From the NCBI GenBank assembly GCA_965249135.1, contig OZ252220.1, positions 1,888,001-1,952,000 on the forward strand: 64,000 nucleotides of DNA, in the 5' to 3' direction. Origin of the DNA: Alphaproteobacteria bacterium (GTDB lineage: Bacteria > Pseudomonadota > Alphaproteobacteria > GCA-2746255). Shown here in pieces: positions 32,279 through 40,554 of the stretch. Positions within the stretch are counted from its first letter, which is position 1; every line of letters starts with the position of its first letter. A program made the position numbers and the translations under genes. Under the pieces are notes generated by a model. That model saw only the letters and a program-made list of their open reading frames with translations. It was not told the DNA's origin and ran no database searches.

Positions 32279-32752
32279 CTAGCGTCCAAACAACGAAGTT
32301 CCGGCGCTTCGCAGAAGTGGGACGCCCCTTTGCAGCGTTTGTAGCCGACCGCGCGCACGCGCATCTGCCGCCTGTAAGAGGTTGATCCGTCCCCGTGACA
32401 GACGGGCGTTTTCGATATCGCGAATCTGCGCGTTGCGAAGAAAGGCATCTTCCGCACCTGCTTGCTTGCTTTCTGCGACTAGCCCGCCCAGAACGGCAGC
32501 AGCGGAACCTTCTGCAGGGTTTAATCCTCGGCCGGCAAAGCGGGCACGCCGGGCTGCAAGTTCCTGACTAAGAAAACCCTTGCGACGTTGTTCCTCAATC
32601 TCGCCAAGACGTCGAAGTTCGCCAATTCGTGTTCGCGCGGCTGCATCGTTTGCCGAAAGTTGGGCTAGATTCTGTCTTGCCTGGGCGCGCGCCGTCTGCT
32701 GGGCAGAAAACACGTTAAGGCCAAGCGTTGCGATCGTAGCTAAAGCAGCCAT
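32279..32752 (-). CDS. Putative internal virion / ejection protein (gp14-like)
   Basis: 157 aa, Ala/Gln/Arg-rich, hydrophobic N-terminus, ARFAGRGL...GSA pattern; coupled (TGATG) to the tail tube B stop. Confidence 0.6.
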   Translation of the reverse strand: MAALATIATLGLNVFSAQQTARAQARQNLAQLSANDAAARTRIGELRRLGEIEEQRRKGFLSQELAARRARFAGRGLNPAEGSAAAVLGGLVAESKQAGAEDAFLRNAQIRDIENARLSRGRINLLQAADARARGRLQTLQRGVPLLRSAGTSLFGR

Positions 32753-34657
32753 CAGTCGTTCACCATGATTTCGGTTGTGACGGACAAAAGGGTGAAGGGA
32801 TAGGGGGTATCCTGCTCGATGCGCCAAAGCGCTTCCGTTCCCTCCGATTTCCAGCCAAGTGCACGCACGCGCTTGTTTCCGGTGAAGGCGGCGGGTGCGG
32901 AGTCCAAAACGCCGGATGGCCCGAGCGTCTTGAACGGAAGCTCCTTCGGCCCCTTGCCGATATCCACCCTGAGCGCCTTCGTCTCATGGAGCCGGAAAGC
33001 CGCTTCAATCAACCGAAGCGGAGCAACCTGGCGACTTCCAAACCGACCATCAAGGACCAGCGGCAGAGGCTCGATGTCATGGGTATAGGGAAGGCCGATC
33101 TCGACGGTTGTCGCGGGTTCATTCAGGGTGACACTGCCGCTTGCTACCACCGCGTCGTCCCGAAGAATGCCGTCGGCGATAACCTTGACCGTTTTACCTT
33201 CGATGTGGTCGAGGCCGCTCCATTGGGTCGCGGGTGTACCGCTCTGACCAGTAAGGGCCGAATCGGTGTGGACCGATTCGTCGAAAAGCTCGATCAAGAA
33301 TTGGCCGTTTCGATCCACGAGAACGTAAACGTCACTGCCAACGACGGCGACGGAAAGAAAATTCCCATCCGTTTCTTGCAGCGTCCATGCGGTGACCTGT
33401 TCGGCGCGGAAAGCAGTCACCGTCGCAAGCGTCCCATCCCCCATGACGATGTGAACGAGCCGCCTGGATTGATCAAAATCTTGATCAACCGGCGCGTTCA
33501 TCAGGTGTTGGGATGGCAAGGCCAGATCGTTCGCCTGATAGGCTTGCTCGATGTCCGTAAACAGGAATTCCCGAATCTCTTTCTCGTTCCGAGCGAGAAA
33601 AAGCGTTGCCCCGCCGACGTTGATCGGCGGCAGGGTGCGATCGATGGGAGACCCGATCCGGGTTTGGCGGCGAAGCTGGACCGTCGTCGGCGTCAAGGGA
33701 TCGCCCGTCACCATCCATTCGGCGCCAGAGGTGAAGACTTGCAGGTGTCGGCCTGAAAACACCGAGCGGATCGCATTCACTTGATCGGAAAGAATTGCGA
33801 ACTCGATGGCCTCGTCATCGAGGCCGGTGCCAACATTGAAGTTGAAAATATCGGCCGATTTCGACATCCAAAGCCGGTTCGGTAAATCCCGCGATCCACC
33901 AATGATCAGTCGATCCTGATGGAAGGCGACGGAAACCGGATGGCCTCGCACCGAAGAAAAGGCCTGCTCGTCCCAATCCTTTGTGGAGTTTGTCGAATTC
34001 AAGGTCTCCTGGACGGTAGCATTTGCCAGGGTCGGCGAGACGATGGAGCTGATCAACACTTCCTTTCCCCCAAGCCGGAAGTTTGTCCCCCCGTGACCGG
34101 TCACGAAGATGTCTCCCGTTGCGGTAAGCGTGATGTTACCGGTTGTCGCGCTTGGCTGGAGCTGAATACTGTCGTGGGCAAATTTGAAGTAGGGTTGGCG
34201 CGTGCCCTCCGAATCTGACACATAGCTCCAAGTATCGATTGTCCACGCCGTATCCGACGTTCGTGTAATCTGGCGGGGTGTGTTCGGGGTGGACGACAAG
34301 GAGTGTGTCCGCGCTTTGCGTCCAGTTAATCTGAGGAAGCCTCGCCACGGTCCAAGGCGTCGACGTAATTTCCGCAACCCATTGCTCATCCCGGTAGATA
34401 TCAATCCGCGAATCGGTAAAGACGAGCAGATAAACCTGCTCCGTGTTGAACTCGAAGGAAATGAACCTGCCGGTATCTTGGGCCGTATCGATGAAACGCA
34501 GGCCCGCGCGCCGTTGGATGCCCCCTGTCGGAAAGATGAACGTGTTCCGAAGTTTTGCCGCTCCGTTTTCGTAGGCGCTAAGGTCGCCTCGGCCAAGGAG
34601 AAGCGGCGACAATTCACCGGAGGTGAAATTTGTCTGCGTTTTGTGGACGCGGGGCAT
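32752..34657 (-). pseudogene. Tail tubular protein B / nozzle (T7 gp12-like), frameshifted near 34275-34282
   Basis: N-terminal part (34136..34657 ORF) QTNFTSGELSP...GGIQRRAG...QSADTLLVVHP continues in another frame as PRQITRT...FHQDRL...GLDHIEGKTV...GLPY. Confidence 0.8.
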
Positions 34658-35226
34658 CAGCTTCGCACACCGACAAGCGTGAAATCGTCGAGGCCTACGG
34701 GGGTTTCCTGTTGGGAATCAACGAGCCGTGCGTTCCGGAATTCCGCATTCGCAAGGCGGAAAAGGGTTTCGGCGCGACTCGTGCTCTCCGTGATGGGGAT
34801 CGTGAATTCCGCGGCAAGCCGTGTGATCAGTGCTTGGTCGAAGAAGGGTGGAAAGGTCGATTCACCGGGACGGAAAATATAGGTCAACACAACCGCCGAA
34901 GCGTTCGCGTGCAACCTTTGTTCGGCGATTCGGTAAACCAGGCCACGTCCGCGCCCTCCATCGCCTAAGGAAAGCGCGCGCAGGAAATCCGATGGCAACT
35001 GGAAGGCATACACAAAGTCCGCGACGGGCTCCGCTACCAACTGGGGAAGTTCGGCCTGGCCGGTCGCAAATATCCACGGATGCGCGGAAAGGAGCGCGTC
35101 GCGCACAGAAGGGTATAGGTTTGCTGCAACGTCCGCTTCCGCCGTTCCTTCATTGAAGGCGGCAATCGGGTTCGCACCGATCTTGATCAGTGCACGCGAG
35201 CAAAGCGCGATGCTGCTCAACGCCAT
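34657..35226 (-). CDS. Tail tubular protein A / adaptor (T7 gp11-like)
   Basis: LCSRALIKIGA..I.......EA......Y...RDALL..HPW.FA...YAFQLPSDFLR...F...L..RLA. Confidence 0.85.
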   Translation of the reverse strand: MALSSIALCSRALIKIGANPIAAFNEGTAEADVAANLYPSVRDALLSAHPWIFATGQAELPQLVAEPVADFVYAFQLPSDFLRALSLGDGGRGRGLVYRIAEQRLHANASAVVLTYIFRPGESTFPPFFDQALITRLAAEFTIPITESTSRAETLFRLANAEFRNARLVDSQQETPVGLDDFTLVGVRS

Positions 35227-35242
35227 GAAAATCTCCGTTTTG

Positions 35243-35276
35243 AAAAAGAGCAGCCCCGCGGCCGAAACCGCGGGGC
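35243..35276 (-). terminator. Intrinsic terminator between head and tail genes
   Basis: Minus strand GCCCCGCGG-tttcgg-CCGCGGGGC followed by tgctcTTTTT. Confidence 0.7.
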
Positions 35277-35298
35277 CAGAGCATGAAGGACGTTGGAC

Positions 35299-35568
35299 TT
35301 AGTCCGTGTCCGTACCGCCGACGGCGGTGATGTCGTCGACGTCGACAATCGTCCCCGTATTGCTTGATACGAAGAAGATTCCAGCTGCCATCGTGCCGCC
35401 GGTAGCCACGTTTGCGAGGATCATGTCGCCAACGCGAATGACATCGGCAGCGTCGTTAAAGTAGCCAGCTGTATCGACCGCCGTTGCCGCATCCGGCGTA
35501 GTGTAGTGCCAGAGTGTGAAGCCATTGGCATAACCAATGACACTTAGATCTTGTGGTTTAAACGCCAT
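35299..35568 (-). CDS. Small virion protein after capsid (possible decoration protein)
   Basis: MAFKPQDLSVIGYANGFTLWHY.T.D....V...GYFN......VGD.I; directly follows the capsid gene. Confidence 0.7.
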   Translation of the reverse strand: MAFKPQDLSVIGYANGFTLWHYTTPDAATAVDTAGYFNDAADVIRVGDMILANVATGGTMAAGIFFVSSNTGTIVDVDDITAVGGTDTD

Positions 35569-35570
35569 GA

Positions 35571-36389
35571 TTAACTCTCCAAGCAACGCATGACGACGAG
35601 GCCGGTGGTGTCAACCAGACACGCACCTTGCGACATTGAACTGTTGACGAAGTGAGCGGCGCGATCGCCATGCCAAGTAACGTCGGTGCTGACGTCCGCA
35701 CCACTGGCATGCCCAACGGCCGTCTTGTGGTACCAGAAGCAGAACCGAACGCTCGTAGTGAGCGTCAGTCCGGAATGCGGCATCCACAAGGTCCCAAGCC
35801 AGAACTTGGCTTGAGTGCCGCGCCAGGGAAGCTCCTCACTGCCCACGAAGTCCGCATTTGCGAATTCGGGGATTTCAAGCAAATCGCTCCACTGTTTCCA
35901 GCCAATGATGGCGTGGCGTTGCCCGTCGTCGGGAACGTCTGCATCGCCAAGCATCTCGAAGGCCGTCAGTACCTTGGCCTTCGTCAGGCCGTCCGTATTG
36001 GCGCCTGCGAAGTTCGTCGACGTATCGAGTTGCGTGATGATGAGTTCATCCGCCTTGCGACCCAGTGCAAAGGCACCGGCATTCGCAATCACGTGACGTT
36101 CATCGATGTTGGTCTTCAGCTCATCCAGCTTGTCGACCCAGTCACCGGCGTAGTAATCCGCCAACGTACATTCGACCGGCGTGTGGTCGATGTTCATCAC
36201 GGGTACTTGGCCGTGACGCGCTTTCGTTGACGCACTTCCCTTGCCGACTTTCTGGAACACGGTGGACGATCCACGAACATTGTTTTTCGTGCGGACGGTA
36301 TTGCGAAGCTTGCTACCCATACGCTGGTAAGCCTCGCGCACCTCCCGCTCGAACTGCTTAATGAACGTTTGGTCGATCGTTGTGGCCAA
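35571..36389 (-). CDS. Major capsid protein
   Basis: TTG start with GAGGA RBS; IDQTFIKQFEREV..AYQRMGSKLRNTVR, VDKLDELK, ALGRKADELII; lies after the scaffold gene. Confidence 0.88.
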   Translation of the reverse strand: MATTIDQTFIKQFEREVREAYQRMGSKLRNTVRTKNNVRGSSTVFQKVGKGSASTKARHGQVPVMNIDHTPVECTLADYYAGDWVDKLDELKTNIDERHVIANAGAFALGRKADELIITQLDTSTNFAGANTDGLTKAKVLTAFEMLGDADVPDDGQRHAIIGWKQWSDLLEIPEFANADFVGSEELPWRGTQAKFWLGTLWMPHSGLTLTTSVRFCFWYHKTAVGHASGADVSTDVTWHGDRAAHFVNSSMSQGACLVDTTGLVVMRCLES

Positions 36390-36526
36390 TAGTAGTCCTC
36401 TCGTTTCGGAATGGACGAAGTTACGACTTGCGTAAAATCGCCCGGTTCCCGCAGTGCGGCCGGGGGCTTACGCGGATGCCTTCGGGGCCCCGTGCGGGGT
36501 TCTCCTTTGGGCGGAAAAATTGAAAA

Positions 36527-37309
36527 TCAGGCTTCGGCAGATTCCGGATAGAGCTTCTGGAATCCTTCCGATACCCGGTTGACGAAATCTGGGTCACGGT
36601 CCCGCCAATAGCGGGGATCCTTGATCATTTCTCGAAGCTGGCTCTCGTCGTTGGTCGCGGCACCTGTGCCATTTGACTGTAGGATCGCAGGCTCGCCTTC
36701 CGCCATCATCCGATGCATAACGAAGATCCCTTCGGCGGTTGTTGAAAGCGCGCCCAGGACGGCTTCCGGAAGGTGTGCCTTTCCCCATGCAAAGAGTTGA
36801 CGCGAGATTTCACGCCATTTCTCTTCACCGCCGAAATGGCGCTCGAGGCGTTCCGTCTCGCGTTCTGCTTCGAATTCGGCCCCGGCATTTTCCAGAATCG
36901 GCAGCACCTTTTCCACGGCAAGGTCGTAGACAAGTTGTGCCTGCGCAGACGTGAAGCCGGCTTGAAAGAGCTGTTCATTGACTTCCGGATCCGCGGCTAT
37001 GAGCTCGCTCTTCATTTCCAACTTGTATTCGTCCGGGGAGGTCGGTACACTAAGCGCCTTTCGGAAACTATGAATTTTCTCTTCCGTCGCGCTTTCGCCA
37101 GGCAGGGGGACCATCGTGCCAAGCTTACGTTCAAGTTCTTGATAGGATTTTAGAAGCATGCCGATACGCACTTCCCCAGTATCGGCGTTTCGAAACTTCT
37201 CGGGGATCGCTTCCGTCGTCTCCGTCGGTGTCTCATCGATTGGTTTGATTGTTTCGGGGCCAGGCGCCACCGTCTCCTCCGGCTCCGTCGTCAAAAGATT
37301 CGCGTCCAT
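36527..37309 (-). CDS. Capsid assembly scaffolding protein
   Basis: Acidic; PEKF...LLKSYQELERKLG, C-terminal LREMIKDPRYWRDRDP; lies between portal and capsid. Confidence 0.8.
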   Translation of the reverse strand: MDANLLTTEPEETVAPGPETIKPIDETPTETTEAIPEKFRNADTGEVRIGMLLKSYQELERKLGTMVPLPGESATEEKIHSFRKALSVPTSPDEYKLEMKSELIAADPEVNEQLFQAGFTSAQAQLVYDLAVEKVLPILENAGAEFEAERETERLERHFGGEEKWREISRQLFAWGKAHLPEAVLGALSTTAEGIFVMHRMMAEGEPAILQSNGTGAATNDESQLREMIKDPRYWRDRDPDFVNRVSEGFQKLYPESAEA

Positions 37310-37632
37310 AGCGATTTCCTCTTCCTAACCTTCGGTGTGGAGTCGAGCGCCGGTTCCGGCTCGATCCGGCCACCCCCCCGTTCGATCATGGCAGCGAGAT
37401 AGCCGACAAGCTGGCGCTGTCCCTCGAGATGGCGAAGGCCGCATCCGATGCGTTCGGCCCAAGATGGCGGCCAAGGGTCAACGTCGTCAGATGCCGGAAG
37501 ACCGGTTTGGCCATCCGGCGATCGAAACGTGCGGGCGAAGGCCTCGGCCGTCTCAAGCAGGACATCCTTGCCGGTCTCGCTCGGGAGGCTGGCTTCATCG
37601 AACCAGTTCCAGCCGGCATCATCCACGGCCAT
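37291..37632 (-). CDS. Small phage head-module protein (Bbp19-like) with two compensating indels
   Basis: FARTFRSPDGQ | VFRHLTTLTLGRHLGPNASDA (alternative frame) | LRHLEGQRQLV; frame switches near 37503 and 37438. Confidence 0.6.
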   Translation of the reverse strand: MAVDDAGWNWFDEASLPSETGKDVLLETAEAFARTFRSPDGQTGLPASDDVDPWPPSWAERIGCGLRHLEGQRQLVGYLAAMIERGGGRIEPEPALDSTPKVRKRKSLWTRIF

Positions 37633-39223
37633 CCTCCTCGGCGTTGGCGGTGTCTTCCGCAGCTTGTGCCGACTCGTTCCCGCCTAGGGCGGCGGCAAGG
37701 ACGGGGGCGGCCTCCGCGACAAGGGCCTCCTCGACGGCTTCTGCTACTTCGGCAAGGGCGATGGCCGGCGCTTCCCGGATCAACTGGTTGGGCACGCCGA
37801 GTTTCCGTCCCATCCACCGGACGGCGGCAGGCAAATCGATGGCGGCCATCCCCTCAGACCCAAAGGATGCTGCCGCATTCAGCCAGGTTAAGGTGAGTTG
37901 CACGTCCTTTTGAATCTGGCTTTGGGCGAGAGGCGAGCGGTATTGCAAGTCGACAAGGCGGCCATCGATAAAGATTTCCGGGATCTCGCCGCGCCGGCGA
38001 AGGATCTGTAACCCGCGGCTCACCAAAGGCGTCAACAATTCCGACTGCAGCCGGCCATAGGTTGCCCCAAGAATGCGTGTCATCTCGGCGGCACGTTCCA
38101 GCACTTCCGTCGCCGTCATGCGGGGGCCGTCAACCTGCCCCAACTGGTCGACGAGCAGCGCCTTTCGGATGCGACTCCGCAGGTCATCGAGGACGATCTG
38201 GGAGACGTCGAAACGCCCGGGCGCTTCGAGTGGCGTAAGCCCTGACGAACCGACGGCCTTCGGGATGATGGTTCCAGGCACGAGCTTGATGTTTGCCGGG
38301 TTAAGCACGCCGTCGTCATCCGCCTGCCAGATGCCGGTCACGGCGATCGTCGCGTTTTTGAGAACGAGCTCAACGACTTTATTCGCCGTCTTAATGTCGG
38401 GTAGCGCCTTCATTACCGGCGAACGACCGTAGATTTCACCCGGCGCCTTCAGCCAGCGGAAATTAAGGAAGGGCGACGAATCGAATTCACCGGTCGCTAA
38501 AACCCATGGTTCCGCCACCTCCCCTTTCTCGCTTTCAAGAAGCGCGTAATAGGCGTACCGGACCCCATCGGGAATGACCGCCTCGATAACCGTGAACTTC
38601 TTTGGGTTGTAGGCCTCGCCCTCCGGCTTTACCCATTCCGGCAAGGGCGCCTTCGGGAAACGCGTTTGGATGGCATCCGCATCGAGCGCGTTTCTGCGAA
38701 ACGTCGTATCGAGCCTGCCGGTGGGGCCTTCGTTGAGGACGGCTTGTGAAAGCGGGATCGCGGTGAACCGAAAGGCGCTCGCCGCCCCTGGCTCCGCTTC
38801 CTCGAAAAGTAGGCACGCCGTTCCCCCGGTAACGAGATCGAGGAAACCCTGATGCATCTCGATGGCGAAGTTCGACCGGTCGAGATGCGATTGCAGCGTT
38901 TTTGCCGCCTGGTCGAGCAGATCGGTAATTGCGGCTTCTTCCTCTTCGAATATCTCTGTTCCGGCGGCGAGACCGAACCAGCGCGCCCAAGGTGGCGTAA
39001 GCTGAGCCAGCAGGCTTGCCGCCAGTTGATCCACCGCATCCGGTGCCGTGCCGCCGAACAGCTTATCCGTCTTTTTCTCGCCGGGCCGGGGGGTGCGCGT
39101 GAATTCGTCCCGTTGCGGCAAGGCAAAATCGTAAGCTTCCTGCCAGTGGCTCTCCCAGAAACTTCGCCGGACGAGTGCCTGACGGTAGCGTGTGTAAACT
39201 GCCTCGGCGGTTAAGCTTGGCAT
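37619..39223 (-). CDS. Portal / head-to-tail connector (T7 gp8-like)
   Basis: WESHWQEAYDFALP, TAPDAVDQLAASL..LTPP, RW...GEIYGRSP...ALPDIKT.N, MTATEV.ER..E....LG..YGRLQSE. Confidence 0.92.
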   Translation of the reverse strand: MPSLTAEAVYTRYRQALVRRSFWESHWQEAYDFALPQRDEFTRTPRPGEKKTDKLFGGTAPDAVDQLAASLLAQLTPPWARWFGLAAGTEIFEEEEAAITDLLDQAAKTLQSHLDRSNFAIEMHQGFLDLVTGGTACLLFEEAEPGAASAFRFTAIPLSQAVLNEGPTGRLDTTFRRNALDADAIQTRFPKAPLPEWVKPEGEAYNPKKFTVIEAVIPDGVRYAYYALLESEKGEVAEPWVLATGEFDSSPFLNFRWLKAPGEIYGRSPVMKALPDIKTANKVVELVLKNATIAVTGIWQADDDGVLNPANIKLVPGTIIPKAVGSSGLTPLEAPGRFDVSQIVLDDLRSRIRKALLVDQLGQVDGPRMTATEVLERAAEMTRILGATYGRLQSELLTPLVSRGLQILRRRGEIPEIFIDGRLVDLQYRSPLAQSQIQKDVQLTLTWLNAAASFGSEGMAAIDLPAAVRWMGRKLGVPNQLIREAPAIALAEVAEAVEEALVAEAAPVLAAALGGNESAQAAEDTANAEEDGRG

Positions 39224-39225
39224 CG

Positions 39226-39444
39226 CTATTCCCCCAAGAGCTGCTTGCGACGGGGAAACGCATCCTGCGGCAGCAGCACGCCACGGAAGGAGGTGGCGAT
39301 CGTACCCGCCCGTCCGCGCCGGCGAAGGCCTTGGCTGCTCGTTGCCTTTGCTGCTTGCGAGGCCTCTTTGGGCGGGCGCGCGGGTTGGGGTAAGGCCCGC
39401 GGCCACACGGGTAGCGGTCTTGGGGAGCCAAACAGACTAGACAT
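39226..39444 (-). CDS. Small Pro/Arg-rich virion protein preceding portal
   Basis: MSSLFGSP.P...RGRAGTIATS.RG...KQLLGE pattern; RBS GGGGG; first gene after the late-type promoter. Confidence 0.65.
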   Translation of the reverse strand: MSSLFGSPRPLPVWPRALPQPARPPKEASQAAKATSSQGLRRRGRAGTIATSFRGVLLPQDAFPRRKQLLGE

Positions 39445-39455
39445 TACTTGACCCC

Positions 39456-39489
39456 CTTTCCCGAAAGCCGATCTTTCCCGAAAGCCGAT
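39456..39489. repeat. Perfect 17-bp tandem duplication
   Basis: CTTTCCCGAAAGCCGAT x2 (39456-39472, 39473-39489). Confidence 0.95.
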
Positions 39490-39555
39490 GTGAAAAAGTG
39501 AGCACCTCCCGAGGGGAACCGGGAGGCGCCGAATAGATGGGTCGTGATGGTAGAA

Positions 39556-39587
39556 AGGAATATAGTCCTATATCCCCTCGCCGTCAA
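39556..39587 (-). promoter_or_regulatory. Sigma70-type promoter of the structural operon with overlapping palindromic operator
   Basis: Minus strand TTGACG-N17-TATATT; AGGA-ATATAG-TCCT (39556-39569) covers the -10. Confidence 0.75.
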
Positions 39588-40048
39588 GAGGAAAGGAAGC
39601 CAAGGACGAGACTCCGTTTACCGAGTCGATCAAGGTGCCTGTAAAGTTGCCAGGGCGTAAAGACATTTGCCGCCCTTATGCCAAGGACACGTTTCACCGC
39701 CTCGACGCAGGTGAAGGGCCGAAGCGGAAGCGATGTCCAGGAAGATGGGAAGCAGTGTGTCGGCGGTGCCGGTAAGATTTCGGTAGTGACGACGCAGAGC
39801 CCATGTTGCCGGTACCAGTCGGCAAGGTCGAAATCGAGCGGCAGATCGAGTGCGACGATCTCCGTTCGATGAACAAGCGGGTCATAAACAAGCCAGCGCG
39901 AACCTTGAAGGATCACCAAGAAACAGTGGCGGTAGCCGCGTTTCAAAATACGCAGCCAAGGAAGGTCCGTCTGATTCGAAAAGACGACAAGGACAGGAAG
40001 CGCCTGCGCCTCCCATTCGTCTCGCAAGTTGCAAGCCTTTCGTCTCAT
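39584..40048 (-). CDS. Hypothetical protein, possibly a permuted papain-like (NlpC/P60-type) Cys hydrolase
   Basis: GYRHCF...FTCVEAVKRVLG...TPWQLY (His before Cys, TP..L end); ATGA-coupled to the upstream gene. Confidence 0.6.
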   Translation of the reverse strand: MRRKACNLRDEWEAQALPVLVVFSNQTDLPWLRILKRGYRHCFLVILQGSRWLVYDPLVHRTEIVALDLPLDFDLADWYRQHGLCVVTTEILPAPPTHCFPSSWTSLPLRPFTCVEAVKRVLGIRAANVFTPWQLYRHLDRLGKRSLVLGFLSS

Positions 40049-40410
40049 TGCACGATCCCCTTGCCACGCAAAACACAGGCCAGCCGATGCAGCGCTTCCT
40101 CCCATAGAAGCGCGGCCGTCTCTTCCCGTTGGCGTTTTCCGTCGGGTGGCAGCAGTTTTTCGCCATATTCCGACAGCACCAGAAGGTGTTCGCGGCGTAA
40201 TTGCCGTTGCCGGTAAAGACGGTTGACAGCCGAAAGCACATCGTCGGGATCGCAAGGTCGCAACGCCTCGCCGCATCCGGCCGTGATCCGTGCGCCCGCT
40301 CGCCGGGCTTGAAAGCATTGAACGAACCAAAACCAAGCCTCCTCGGCCGTGGCAAACGGCACGCCTGCAAGGGGGAGGTAGGGTCTTGGGGCGTAGCGCT
40401 CGCGTCGCAT
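40045..40410 (-). CDS. Hypothetical protein divergent from the repressor (candidate activator)
   Basis: 121 aa, PFATAEEAWFWF...RPCDPDD...RLYRQRQL...LWEEAL.RL...LRGKGIV; function inferred from position. Confidence 0.65.
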   Translation of the reverse strand: MRRERYAPRPYLPLAGVPFATAEEAWFWFVQCFQARRAGARITAGCGEALRPCDPDDVLSAVNRLYRQRQLRREHLLVLSEYGEKLLPPDGKRQREETAALLWEEALHRLACVLRGKGIVQ

Positions 40411-40476
40411 TCTGCTTCGATCCTCGTGACCGGAAATTCAGGCCTAGGGGGGAGTAAAAACGGCCTCTAAGAAACA

Positions 40477-40554
40477 AGGAATTTATTCCTTTATCAAGAG
40501 ACATAGGATAATATTCCTGGTGTGATGGGGGGGCAAGTATAAGAAAATCTTCTT
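40477..40554. promoter_or_regulatory. Divergent control region with repeated palindromic operators
   Basis: AGGA-ATTTAT-TCCT (40477-40490), AGGA-TAATAT-TCCT (40505-40518), degenerate AAGA-AAATCT-TCTT (40541-40554); leftward promoter TTGCCC-N17-TATTAT (40536-40508). Confidence 0.75.
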
